Origin: an uncultured Clostridia bacterium
GTDB taxonomy: Bacteria > Bacillota > Clostridia > Oscillospirales > CAG-272
Assembly: GCA_947632285.1 (NCBI GenBank)
Contig: CANROT010000002.1
Location: forward strand, 1 to 42,982
DNA length: 42,982 bases
Reading direction: 5' to 3'
The number at the start of each line of letters is the position of its first letter. Position 1 is the first letter of the stretch. The position numbers were made by a program, and so were the translations under genes. Shown here piece after piece: positions 7,152-15,485 of this stretch. The notes below the pieces were generated by a model, which was given only the letters and a program-made list of their open reading frames with translations, was not told the origin of the DNA and made no database searches.

Positions 7152-7188
7152 ATATACAAATCAAGGTCGGAACACGGGAGGCGGTATC

Positions 7189-7560
7189 ATGACGCTGCTC
7201 GAATCGGGCGAAATGTATCTTGAGACGATATATATCCTGTCGGAGCAGAAGAAAAACGTGCGCTCCATAGACGTCGGCGAATACATGGGGTATTCGAAGC
7301 CGAGCGTCAGCCGCGCCGTCGGGATTTTGCGCCGCGGGGGATATATCGAGGTCGACGCGTCCGGATATATCACGCTGACGGACGAGGGGCGGCGTCAGGC
7401 GGAGAAGACGTATGAGCGCCACCGCGTCCTGACGGACACGTTCTGCCGCCTCGGTGTTGACGAGCGCGTCGCCGCGGAGGACGCCTGCAAGATAGAGCAC
7501 GTCATCAGCGACGAGACGTTTGACGCGATCAAGCGATATCTCGCGGAGCACACAAAATGA
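7189..7560 (+). CDS. DtxR/MntR-family metal-dependent transcriptional regulator
   Basis: Start at MTLLESGEMYLETIYIL (RBS gggagg). SKPSVSRAV is the HTH, and ERHRVLTDFF-like plus ACKIEHVIS is the metal-site region. The track's 7123 start lies inside the promoter. Confidence 0.85.
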   Translation: MTLLESGEMYLETIYILSEQKKNVRSIDVGEYMGYSKPSVSRAVGILRRGGYIEVDASGYITLTDEGRRQAEKTYERHRVLTDTFCRLGVDERVAAEDACKIEHVISDETFDAIKRYLAEHTK

Positions 7561-7582
7561 TGTTTTGTCGTATTGTATAACG

Positions 7583-7609
7583 CCGCCCCCGGCCGGGGGC
7601 GGTTTTTTT
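7583..7609 (+). terminator. Intrinsic terminator
   Basis: ccgcccccgg/ccgggggcgg stem followed by ttttttt. Confidence 0.85.
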
Positions 7610-7701
7610 CCGAATCGCGTATTGTAATCGGGTATAAAAGTATGGTAAAATAATTTCGACCGACAGCGGCAGCTTTTTTACGAAAGGACGGCGGGAAAGA
7701 C

Positions 7702-8178
7702 GTGAAATATATCGTTATGGTCTGCGGCAGAGCGGCGGTCGATGAGGCGGACACGCCGAATATGGACGCGCTCGCCTCTATGGGTGAGCTCGGCACCGTG
7801 CGCGCGGTGATCGGGGATTTCAGCGCCGATTCATTAAAGCTCGGAGACGGAATTCGCGCCGGAGACATCGACGCTGACGCGGCGTGCAAAGCCGCCGATG
7901 CACTGATCTCGGGCGGGTGCGACCTTGTCTTTGTACACGTCGGCGACGCGGCAGATGAGGTGCTCGGCGGCATAAAGGCGCAGATGGACGCGTCCGGGGA
8001 GCCGTATCGGCTGCTGCTCATATCAGGGACGGCGGCAGATAAAGTTTTGCCTTACGTGATATACGACAGCACGCGCCAGCTACGCCGGATAGCGCGGTAC
8101 AGCCTCGGTGAGGCGGAGGCGGCGGACATATTCGCGGGCGACGGGGAGACCCTGTTCAAAAGATTTATCGGGGAGTGA
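7702..8178 (+). CDS. Short degenerate homolog of cofactor-independent phosphoglycerate mutase (ApgM) / proposed homoserine kinase family
   Basis: 158 aa, GTG start. The N-terminus MKYIVMVCG....DTPNMDALASMGELG and the C-terminal part DLVFVHVGDAADE...PYVIYD resemble the ends of ApgM-family proteins of about 400 aa. The central region and the DE-GH metal motif are missing. Located directly upstream of thrC. Confidence 0.55.
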   Translation: MKYIVMVCGRAAVDEADTPNMDALASMGELGTVRAVIGDFSADSLKLGDGIRAGDIDADAACKAADALISGGCDLVFVHVGDAADEVLGGIKAQMDASGEPYRLLLISGTAADKVLPYVIYDSTRQLRRIARYSLGEAEAADIFAGDGETLFKRFIGE

Positions 8179-8181
8179 CAG

Positions 8182-9675
8182 ATGGAAAATATAATGTATA
8201 AAAGCACGCGCGGACGCGGCGGGGAGCTGATGGCGTCACAGGCGATACTTCGCGGACTTTCGCCGGACGGCGGGCTCTACGTGCCGGACAGGCTGCCGAG
8301 GTTCGATTTTACGATGGCGGAGGCGGCGAAATTTGACTACTGCGAGCTCTCGTACCGCGTGATGCGGCAGCTGTTGACGGATTTTACCGAGGAGGAGCTG
8401 CGCGCCGCCTGCCTCGGTGCATACGATTCGAAGTTCGATACGGAAAACATAGTTGAAATGAGGCGCGCGGCGGGCGCGTACTACCTCGAGCTGTTCCACG
8501 GGAAGACGATCGCGTTCAAGGACATGGCGCTCTCGATCCTGCCGAGACTTATGACGGCGGCGGCGCGCAAAAACGGCGTCGAAGAAGAGATCGTGATCCT
8601 GACGGCGACGTCGGGCGACACGGGGAAGGCGGCGCTCGCGGGGTTCGCTGATGTGCCGGGGACGCGCATCATCGTGTTCTATCCGAAGGGGAGCGTTTCC
8701 CGCGTGCAGGAATTGCAGATGGTGACGGAGCGCGGCAAAAACACGTCCGTCGTCGGCGTGCGCGGTAATTTTGACGACGCACAGAGCGGCGTCAAGGCGA
8801 TATTCTCGGACGCGGAGCTCGGGGAAACCATGCGCCGCGCCGGGTTCCGGTTCTCGTCCGCAAACTCTATCAATATCGGGCGGCTCGTCCCGCAGATCGT
8901 ATATTACGTTTGGGCGTATTCGCGCCTGCTCGGCGGCGGGGTGCTCGGGGACGGCGAGCCGATGAACGTCGCGGTCCCGACCGGGAACTTCGGCAACATA
9001 CTTGCCGCGCACTACGCGGGGCGCATGGGCGTGCCGATAGGAAAGCTGATCTGCGCCTCGAACGACAACCGCGTCCTGACAGACTTTTTCGAGAGCGGCG
9101 TCTACAATAAAAACAGGCCGTTTTATACGACGTCGTCGCCCTCGATGGATATCCTCGTTTCAAGCAACCTCGAGCGGCTCATATATGAGCTGACGGGGGA
9201 GGACGAGGCGAAGAACGGCGCGTATATGCGCGGGCTCTCGGAGCTCGGCACGTATACGATAGACGGCGGCGAACGCGCGGGACTTTCCGGCTTTTACGGC
9301 GGCTCCGCCGACGAGAGCGAGGTCGCGGAGGAGATCGCGCGCGTATGGAAGTCCGACGGGTACGTGATAGACACGCACACCGCCGTCGCCTCGCGTGTTT
9401 ACGCGAAGTACAGGGAGGCGACCGGGGACACAACGCCGACCGTCATCGCGTCGACGGCGAGCCCGTACAAGTTCGCGCGCAGCGTCCTTTCCGCGATAGA
9501 TGAAAAATACGCGCCGATGGACGATTTCGAGCTGATAGACGAGCTTGAGCGCATCTCGGGCGTCAAAATACCGCCCGCCGTCTCGGAGCTGAGGTCGGCG
9601 CCCGTCGTTCACACGCGCGTGATGGAGAAGACCGGCATGAGGGCGGCGGTCGAAGAAATTCTCGGGCTCGGGTGA
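8182..9675 (+). CDS. thrC: Threonine synthase (long form)
   Basis: 497 aa with YKSTRG, FHGKTIAFKDMAL (PLP lysine) and TSGDTGKAA. Confidence 0.93.
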   Translation: MENIMYKSTRGRGGELMASQAILRGLSPDGGLYVPDRLPRFDFTMAEAAKFDYCELSYRVMRQLLTDFTEEELRAACLGAYDSKFDTENIVEMRRAAGAYYLELFHGKTIAFKDMALSILPRLMTAAARKNGVEEEIVILTATSGDTGKAALAGFADVPGTRIIVFYPKGSVSRVQELQMVTERGKNTSVVGVRGNFDDAQSGVKAIFSDAELGETMRRAGFRFSSANSINIGRLVPQIVYYVWAYSRLLGGGVLGDGEPMNVAVPTGNFGNILAAHYAGRMGVPIGKLICASNDNRVLTDFFESGVYNKNRPFYTTSSPSMDILVSSNLERLIYELTGEDEAKNGAYMRGLSELGTYTIDGGERAGLSGFYGGSADESEVAEEIARVWKSDGYVIDTHTAVASRVYAKYREATGDTTPTVIASTASPYKFARSVLSAIDEKYAPMDDFELIDELERISGVKIPPAVSELRSAPVVHTRVMEKTGMRAAVEEILGLG

Positions 9676-9699
9676 TCGGGGCCGAGGGATCCAAAAATT

Positions 9700-9734
9700 C
9701 CGGGTGGGGCTTTTTGCAAAAAAGCCCCGCCCGG
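9700..9734. terminator. Hairpin downstream of thrC (weak T tract)
   Basis: ccgggtggggcttttt-gc-aaaaaagccccgcccgg. The next T-rich stretch is a few nt downstream. Confidence 0.5.
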
Positions 9735-9816
9735 CCGCGTTTTGCGCTTTTTGCGAGCAGTCGCTTTTTTTTGGAGAGCGGCGCTTAAAAATTTCCGCGT
9801 TTTGTGGGATTCGATA

Positions 9817-9845
9817 TTGCTTTTCACCCTGAAATTTGGTAAAAT
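9817..9845 (+). promoter_or_regulatory. Putative sigma-A promoter of the GH127 gene
   Basis: TTGCTT (9817-9822), a 17-nt spacer, then TAAAAT (9840-9845) with TG two nt upstream. Confidence 0.45.
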
Positions 9846-9880
9846 CAAATCGAAGAATGTCCCGATAACGGGAGGAAAAA

Positions 9881-12800
9881 ATGAAAAAATTGCTTTACGC
9901 TGCCGCGGCGCTCATTGCGGCGGCGCTGCTCACGGCGACGCTCTTTGCGGCGGGAGAATTTGCGAATGCGGGAACGTATGAGGAAGGCTCCGCCGTCGGC
10001 TCCGTCGCGACGGACAAGACCGAATACGCGCCGGGCGACAAAATGACCGTGCGGCTGTCGGTGAAAAACAACGGGAGCGGTCCGCTCTCGGACGTCACGG
10101 CGTACGTCGACCTGCCGGACGTTGTCACGCCGGACGATGGAAAGACGGTGGTCGCGCTGCTCGGCAGCGACGACGCGCTCGAGCCCGGCGGGGAGAAGTA
10201 CGTTGACCTTACCGCGACTGTCGGCAAGGGAGGCGCCCCTTGGGGCATCATCATCGGGTGCGCGGCGGGCGGCGCTGCCGTCATCGGCGCTGTCGTTGCG
10301 GCCATAGTTATAAAAAAGAAGAAGGGAAAGGGCGGCGGCGCCGCGGCGGCTGTGCTCGCGCTCGCGCTCATGCCGGCGCTCGCGTTCGCGCTCACGGTCG
10401 CCGTCAATGCGACGTCGCCGGACGCGCCGCACGCGGAGGTGAAAGTTATGATATCCGGAAAAGAAGAGACGGTGCGCATGTACCTCGAGCTTGGCGACAA
10501 AAGCGGCGACGGCGCGGTCCTGCCGGAGACGGTCGGGATAACGCACTTTTCGATGGGCGAGGTGACGGTCGAGGACGACTACTGCGAGAACGCGCTCGCG
10601 CTCGAGGTGAAGTATCTCGAATCGTTTGATACAGGCAGGCTGCTCGCGGGATTCCGCGAGACGGCGGGGCTCGACATGGAAGGAAAAAAGCGCTATGACG
10701 GCTGGGAAAACTCGCTTATCGGCGGGCACTCCGTCGGTCACTATCTCTCCGCCGTAGCTCAGGCGGTCGCGAATGCGAGCGTCCCCGAGGCGGACCGCGA
10801 AAAGCTCAACGCGATTTTGACAGAGCTCGTGGACGGGCTGCTCGAATGTCAGCGCAATTCGAGGGGCGAGCCCGGATTCATTTTCGGCGCGACGCTCGTG
10901 AACAGGAACAATGTTGAGGCGCAGTTCGACAACGTCGAGGCGGGGCGGGCGAATATTACCACCGAGGCGTGGGTACCGTGGTACACGATGCACAAGATAA
11001 TCGCGGGGCTCCTCGACGCATATGAGCTCGCCGGGGACGAGCACGCGCTCGAGGTCGCCGAGGGACTCGGGGACTGGACATATGAGCGCGCGTCCGGCTG
11101 GGACGCGTCGACGCAACAGCGCGTCCTCTCCATCGAATACGGCGGAATGAACGACTGCCTCTACAGGCTGTACGCCTGCACGGGCGAGGAAAAATACGCG
11201 GTCGCGGCGCATAAATTCGACGAGGAGGCGCTCTTCAAGCGCGTCGCGCTCGGGCAGAAGGACGTGCTCAACGACCTGCACGCGAACACGACGATTCCGA
11301 AATTTCTCGGCGCGCTCAACCGCTACATGGCGCTTGACGGCAAGGAAATAGAGGGAAAGACGGTCGACGCGTCCGAATATCTCGAATACGCCGAGGCGTT
11401 CTGGGATATGGTCGTCGAAAGGCACACGTATATCACCGGCGGCAACAGCGAGTGGGAGCACTTCGGGCGCGACGGCATACTTGACGGCGAGCGCACGAAC
11501 TGCAACTGCGAGACGTGCAACGTCTACAATATGCTGAAGCTCTCCCGCGCGCTCTTCACGATAACGGGCGAGCGGAAGTACGCGGACTACTATGAGAACG
11601 CGTTTTACAACGCGATACTGTCGTCCCAGAATCCGAAAACGGGCATGACGATGTATTTCCAGCCGATGGCGACCGGGTACTTCAAGGTGTACAGCGAACC
11701 TTTCACGAAGTTCTGGTGCTGCACCGGCTCCGGTATGGAAAACTTCACAAAGCTCGGGAACAGCATATATTTCCACGATAACGGCACAGTCTATGTAAAT
11801 ATGTACTTTGACTCGACCGTGTCTTCCGGCAAATTCACGCTGAAACAGGATTCCGACATTCCGGTCGGCGACACCTCGACCTTCACCGTGAACGCGGACG
11901 GCGGCAAGATCACGCTCGCGCTCCGCATTCCGGACTGGGCGGCGGGGGACCCGACGGTCACGCTTGACGGCGAAAAATACAGCTACACCGAGAAGGACGG
12001 GTACGCGTATGTCTCCGACATCTCGGGCGAGCATGAGGTGAAGATAACGCTCCCGATGAAGGTGACGGCGCACCCGCTGCCGGACAACGACCGCGTGATC
12101 GGCTTCAAATACGGCCCGATCGTGCTCTCGGCGGGCCTCGGAAAGTCCGATATGACGACAACGACGACGGGCGTTTCCGTTACGATCCCTGCGTCAAAGG
12201 TCGTTGACAGCGAGGTGCTCGTCCTGCCGGACGGCGTCTCCCCTGCGGACTTTGTCAAAAACATCGCCGACTATATGAAGCGCGACGGCGACGGGCTCGA
12301 GTTCAGGCTCGAGGGCTGCGACTACGTCTTCGGTCCGCACTATGAAAAGTACGACGAGCGCTACGGCATTTACTGGCAGTTCATGACGGCGGAGGAAAAG
12401 GACGTCGCCGACAACGGCCCCAAGCGCACCGAGGAGGAAACGCTTGACACGGTGCAGCCCGGCTACGGTCAGTACGAAAACGACGAGCTCCACGCGATGG
12501 ACGAGAGCGGCAGCGTCGGCGTGACGAACGACGGCACATACCGCTACGCGGAGGCGGGCGGACATTTCGCCTACCGCATGTCTGTCAAAAAGGGCGCCGA
12601 CAACTACCTCGTCTTCACGCTGCGCGCGGAGGATAACGGCAAATCGCTCGTCATAAAGTCCGGGGACACGGTCCTCTGGAGCTCCGTGCTCGACTATATC
12701 GGAAAAGAGAAGACGTATGAGGTCCGCGTCCGCATACCGGACGGAGTCGTTGACAGGGCGGAACACATCACGGCGAACGGCGAGGAGCACGACGTCATCG

Positions 12801-13459
12801 AGGTGCGCTTCGAGGGAGACGGCGGCGAGTCCGCAAGGGTGTGCGAGTTCATATACGTGAAGGAGGTCAAGCTCCTCTACGAGGTCGACGGCGACGTCGC
12901 ATACTTCGTTGACTGCGGCGACCACAACGTATACACGCTCTCGGACGGCGACAGCTTCGGCGTTTACAACAGCGTTACCGAACAGCTCTACGGGTACGAC
13001 CCCGTGACGGGCAAAAAGTGGGGATTCATAGACGACCCGACGGACAGGTACAGCGGCGGCTCCATAAGCGGCGCGATCTATACGGCGAACACGTGGGCAT
13101 ACGAATTCAACCCGAAGGACGGCGCGCCGAAGACGGAGACGAACCGCTACACGAAAAACCAGTATGAAAACGGCATCGCGGAGCGCTATCTCGACTACGC
13201 GTTCGAGCTTGAGAACGGCAAATACGAGGTCGAGATCGGATTCGCCGACCCGTGGGGCTGCTCGAATCTGCACGACGTCTGGGCGAATATAGATAAGGCG
13301 GACGCCGTCGAGCTTGCGAGCGGCTATAACGTCTCCTCCGGTGCGCTCCGCGCGACGGTGAACGTGACGGACGGCGAGCTTACGCTCAATTTCCGCAACA
13401 AGACGCAGTCCGGCCTCGCGATCAACGTCAGCTACATTATCATACGTTTCGCAAAATAA
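9881..13459 (+). CDS. Multidomain glycoside hydrolase family 127 (DUF1680, beta-L-arabinofuranosidase-like). Has an N-terminal CARDB/DUF11-like domain, an internal TM hairpin and a C-terminal malectin-like carbohydrate-binding domain.
   Basis: 1192 aa. LIGGHSVGHYLSA, NCNCETCN (E-x-C) and FWCCTGSGMENF (CC) match the GH127 Zn/catalytic Cys motifs as I recall them from HypBA1. The C-terminus YLDYAFELENGKYEVEIGFADPWG is malectin/CBM-like. Confidence 0.85.
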   Translation: MKKLLYAAAALIAAALLTATLFAAGEFANAGTYEEGSAVGSVATDKTEYAPGDKMTVRLSVKNNGSGPLSDVTAYVDLPDVVTPDDGKTVVALLGSDDALEPGGEKYVDLTATVGKGGAPWGIIIGCAAGGAAVIGAVVAAIVIKKKKGKGGGAAAAVLALALMPALAFALTVAVNATSPDAPHAEVKVMISGKEETVRMYLELGDKSGDGAVLPETVGITHFSMGEVTVEDDYCENALALEVKYLESFDTGRLLAGFRETAGLDMEGKKRYDGWENSLIGGHSVGHYLSAVAQAVANASVPEADREKLNAILTELVDGLLECQRNSRGEPGFIFGATLVNRNNVEAQFDNVEAGRANITTEAWVPWYTMHKIIAGLLDAYELAGDEHALEVAEGLGDWTYERASGWDASTQQRVLSIEYGGMNDCLYRLYACTGEEKYAVAAHKFDEEALFKRVALGQKDVLNDLHANTTIPKFLGALNRYMALDGKEIEGKTVDASEYLEYAEAFWDMVVERHTYITGGNSEWEHFGRDGILDGERTNCNCETCNVYNMLKLSRALFTITGERKYADYYENAFYNAILSSQNPKTGMTMYFQPMATGYFKVYSEPFTKFWCCTGSGMENFTKLGNSIYFHDNGTVYVNMYFDSTVSSGKFTLKQDSDIPVGDTSTFTVNADGGKITLALRIPDWAAGDPTVTLDGEKYSYTEKDGYAYVSDISGEHEVKITLPMKVTAHPLPDNDRVIGFKYGPIVLSAGLGKSDMTTTTTGVSVTIPASKVVDSEVLVLPDGVSPADFVKNIADYMKRDGDGLEFRLEGCDYVFGPHYEKYDERYGIYWQFMTAEEKDVADNGPKRTEEETLDTVQPGYGQYENDELHAMDESGSVGVTNDGTYRYAEAGGHFAYRMSVKKGADNYLVFTLRAEDNGKSLVIKSGDTVLWSSVLDYIGKEKTYEVRVRIPDGVVDRAEHITANGEEHDVIEVRFEGDGGESARVCEFIYVKEVKLLYEVDGDVAYFVDCGDHNVYTLSDGDSFGVYNSVTEQLYGYDPVTGKKWGFIDDPTDRYSGGSISGAIYTANTWAYEFNPKDGAPKTETNRYTKNQYENGIAERYLDYAFELENGKYEVEIGFADPWGCSNLHDVWANIDKADAVELASGYNVSSGALRATVNVTDGELTLNFRNKTQSGLAINVSYIIIRFAK

Positions 13460-13471
13460 ACGGTAAAAATG

Positions 13472-13520
13472 ATCTCCGCCCCCGTCGAAATACGACGGGG
13501 GCGGAGATTTTTGCTTTTTT
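13472..13520. terminator. Bidirectional intrinsic terminator
   Basis: Perfect 16-bp stem atctccgcccccgtcg/cgacgggggcggagat, then ttttgctttttt, with aaaaat on the 5' side. It sits between convergent genes. Confidence 0.9.
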
Positions 13521-13522
13521 CA

Positions 13523-13996
13523 TCATTTCACGTTTTCCTTCGCGGTGACTTCAAGCACGTTCAGCCTGAAGACGGCGACAGCGTCGAGCGAGGACGCGCT
13601 GCAAGCGAAATTTCTCGTCGCCTCGTATCGCGCCATCAATATTTCATCAAGCGCGCGCCGCTTTTTGTCCCCGGAGAGCATCTCGACGGACGCGCGCCCC
13701 ATGACGGACCTGTACCGCATCGTCACATATTTCCCCTCCGCGTTGACGTCGAGCCCGAGGGGGACGTCCATTTCAAACGAGCAGAGCGGATTTTTTGTCA
13801 AAAGCTCGTATTTTCTGCCCGCCGCCGCTCCGTGGATATAGAACGCGAGCTTGCCGCCCTCGGCCGTGTACGCGAAGTTGACGGGGACGATGTAGGGGAA
13901 ATCCCCGTCGGAGAGCCCGAGCCTCAGAACGTCGCACGCGTCAATGAAGGAGACGATCCTGTCGATATCCGTGACCTCACGGTCTTTTCTTCTCAT
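13523..13996 (-). CDS. Pyridoxamine 5'-phosphate oxidase-family FMN-binding protein
   Basis: 157 aa. MRRKDREVTDIDRIVSFIDACDVLRLGL...PYIVPVNFAY is the typical N-terminus of the PNPOx-like split-barrel family. Confidence 0.8.
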   Translation of the reverse strand: MRRKDREVTDIDRIVSFIDACDVLRLGLSDGDFPYIVPVNFAYTAEGGKLAFYIHGAAAGRKYELLTKNPLCSFEMDVPLGLDVNAEGKYVTMRYRSVMGRASVEMLSGDKKRRALDEILMARYEATRNFACSASSLDAVAVFRLNVLEVTAKENVK

Positions 13997-14039
13997 AATT
14001 TTCGTTCCTTATATAACGTCACCCGGTCGTCGGGCAAAA

Positions 14040-14069
14040 GCGCCCCGGGCAAAGCTTTGCCCGGGGCGC
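14040..14069. terminator. Bidirectional terminator hairpin
   Basis: gcgccccgggcaaagctttgcccggggcgc palindrome, flanked by caaaa and ttttttt. It is downstream of the minus-strand 72-aa gene. Confidence 0.7.
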
Positions 14070-14089
14070 CGACGTTTTTTTGCGGCGGC

Positions 14090-14308
14090 TTATTTCTTTC
14101 CGAACAGCCCGCCGAGCGCGCCTGTGACCTTGTCAAGGCTGACTTTCGCCTTGACGCCGTCAACGATCTTTTCGATCTGATCGTCCGGCAGGTCGACGCC
14201 GATGAGCCCCTCGACCGTCTTTACCGGGTCGCTCTTGAATTTTTCGCCGATCTCCTTGTCGTTTTTGACCTTGTCGGTCAGCTCTTCGATCTTCGCTTTG
14301 ATGTCCAT
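14090..14308 (-). CDS. Small conserved-looking hypothetical protein (72 aa, K/D/E-rich, helical)
   Basis: ORF with RBS (aaaggaaagagaa on the minus strand) and its own terminator. The sequence MDIKAKIEELTDKVKNDKEIGEKFKSDPVKTVEGLIG... is coding-like. I recognise no family. Confidence 0.6.
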   Translation of the reverse strand: MDIKAKIEELTDKVKNDKEIGEKFKSDPVKTVEGLIGVDLPDDQIEKIVDGVKAKVSLDKVTGALGGLFGKK

Positions 14309-14330
14309 TTTCTCTTTCCTTTCATTATTT

Positions 14331-15467
14331 TTAATCTATCGACCGCTCGCCGAGGATCACCCGGTATTTGCGGTAGAAGGCTTCGTAATATCCGCCGTCG
14401 AGCGCGTCGCGTATCTTCTGCATGAGTTCATTGTAGAAGTAGAGGTTGTGCAGGACGGCGAGGCGCATTCCGAGCGCTTCCTTCGCCTTTATGAGGTGGC
14501 GAATGTAGGAGCGCGAGTGCGCGCGGCAGGCGGGGCAGCCGCACCCCTCGTCGATGGGGCGCGGGTCGCGCATGTATTTTTCGTTCAGAAGGTTCATTTT
14601 GCCGTGCCACGTGAAGAGGTTCCCGTGGCGCGCGTTACGGCTCGGCATGACGCAGTCGAAAAAGTCGACGCCGCGCCACACGCATTCAAGGATATTGACC
14701 GGCGTGCCGACGCCCATCAGATAGCGCGGCTTGTGCTTCGGCATGTGCGGCTCGACGGATTCGATCGTGCGGTACATTTCCTCCGTCTCCTCGCCGACCG
14801 CGAGCCCGCCTATCGCGTACCCGTCAAGGTCGTATTCCGCTATCGTGTCCATATGCCAGGCGCGCAGATCGTCATATGTGCTGCCCTGATTTATGCCGAA
14901 TAGGAGCTGATGGCGGTTTATCGTGTCGGGCAGGGAATTGAGCCGCTCCATCTCCGACTTGCAGCGCAAAAGCCAGCGCGCCGTCCGCTCGACGGAGCGC
15001 TTTACATAGTCGTAGGGCGCGGGATTCTCGATACATTCGTCAAACGCCATCGCGATGGTCGAGGCGAGGTTCGACTGTATCCTCATGGATTCCTCCGGCC
15101 CCATGAAGATGCGCTTGCCGTCTATGTGCGAGGCAAAGTATACGCCCTCCTCCTTGATGCGGCGGAGCCCGGCGAGCGAGAACACCTGGAACCCGCCGCT
15201 GTCTGTAAGGATCGGCCCCTGCCAGTTCATGAATTTGTGCAGCCCGCCCATGTCGCGTATGAGCTCGTCGCCCGGGCGAATGTGGAGGTGGTACGTGTTC
15301 GAAAGCTCGACCTGGCAGTTTATGGTTGAAAGCTCGGGGGCGGAGACGCCGCCCTTTATCGCGGCGCACGTGCCGACGTTCATGAACACGGGCGTTTCGA
15401 TCGTCCCGTGGACCGTTTCGAGCCTGCCGCGGCGGGCGCGGCCTTCTTCTTTTATGAGCGTAAACAT
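14331..15467 (-). CDS. tgt: Queuine tRNA-ribosyltransferase (tRNA-guanine transglycosylase)
   Basis: 378 aa with GRLETVHGTIETPVFMNVGT, LTDSGGFQVFS, AIGGLAVGE and the Zn site CGCPACR...H. Confidence 0.95.
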   Translation of the reverse strand: MFTLIKEEGRARRGRLETVHGTIETPVFMNVGTCAAIKGGVSAPELSTINCQVELSNTYHLHIRPGDELIRDMGGLHKFMNWQGPILTDSGGFQVFSLAGLRRIKEEGVYFASHIDGKRIFMGPEESMRIQSNLASTIAMAFDECIENPAPYDYVKRSVERTARWLLRCKSEMERLNSLPDTINRHQLLFGINQGSTYDDLRAWHMDTIAEYDLDGYAIGGLAVGEETEEMYRTIESVEPHMPKHKPRYLMGVGTPVNILECVWRGVDFFDCVMPSRNARHGNLFTWHGKMNLLNEKYMRDPRPIDEGCGCPACRAHSRSYIRHLIKAKEALGMRLAVLHNLYFYNELMQKIRDALDGGYYEAFYRKYRVILGERSID

Positions 15468-15485
15468 AGTTTTTCCTTTGTGTCG

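Noticed and set aside
9845-12073. 742-aa minus-strand ORF antisense to the GH127 gene. The same applies to the other long antisense ORFs: 6379..7551(-), 12194..13273(-), 13469..14425(+), 17348..18553(+), 20465..21214(+), 35803..37587(+), 37590..38849(-), 38633..39460(-) and 41438..42502(-).
   Set aside because: These are Arg/Ala/Gly/Pro-rich, low-complexity translations typical of shadow ORFs in high-GC DNA. Each lies opposite a gene with clear family motifs, and none has an RBS or recognisable domain.
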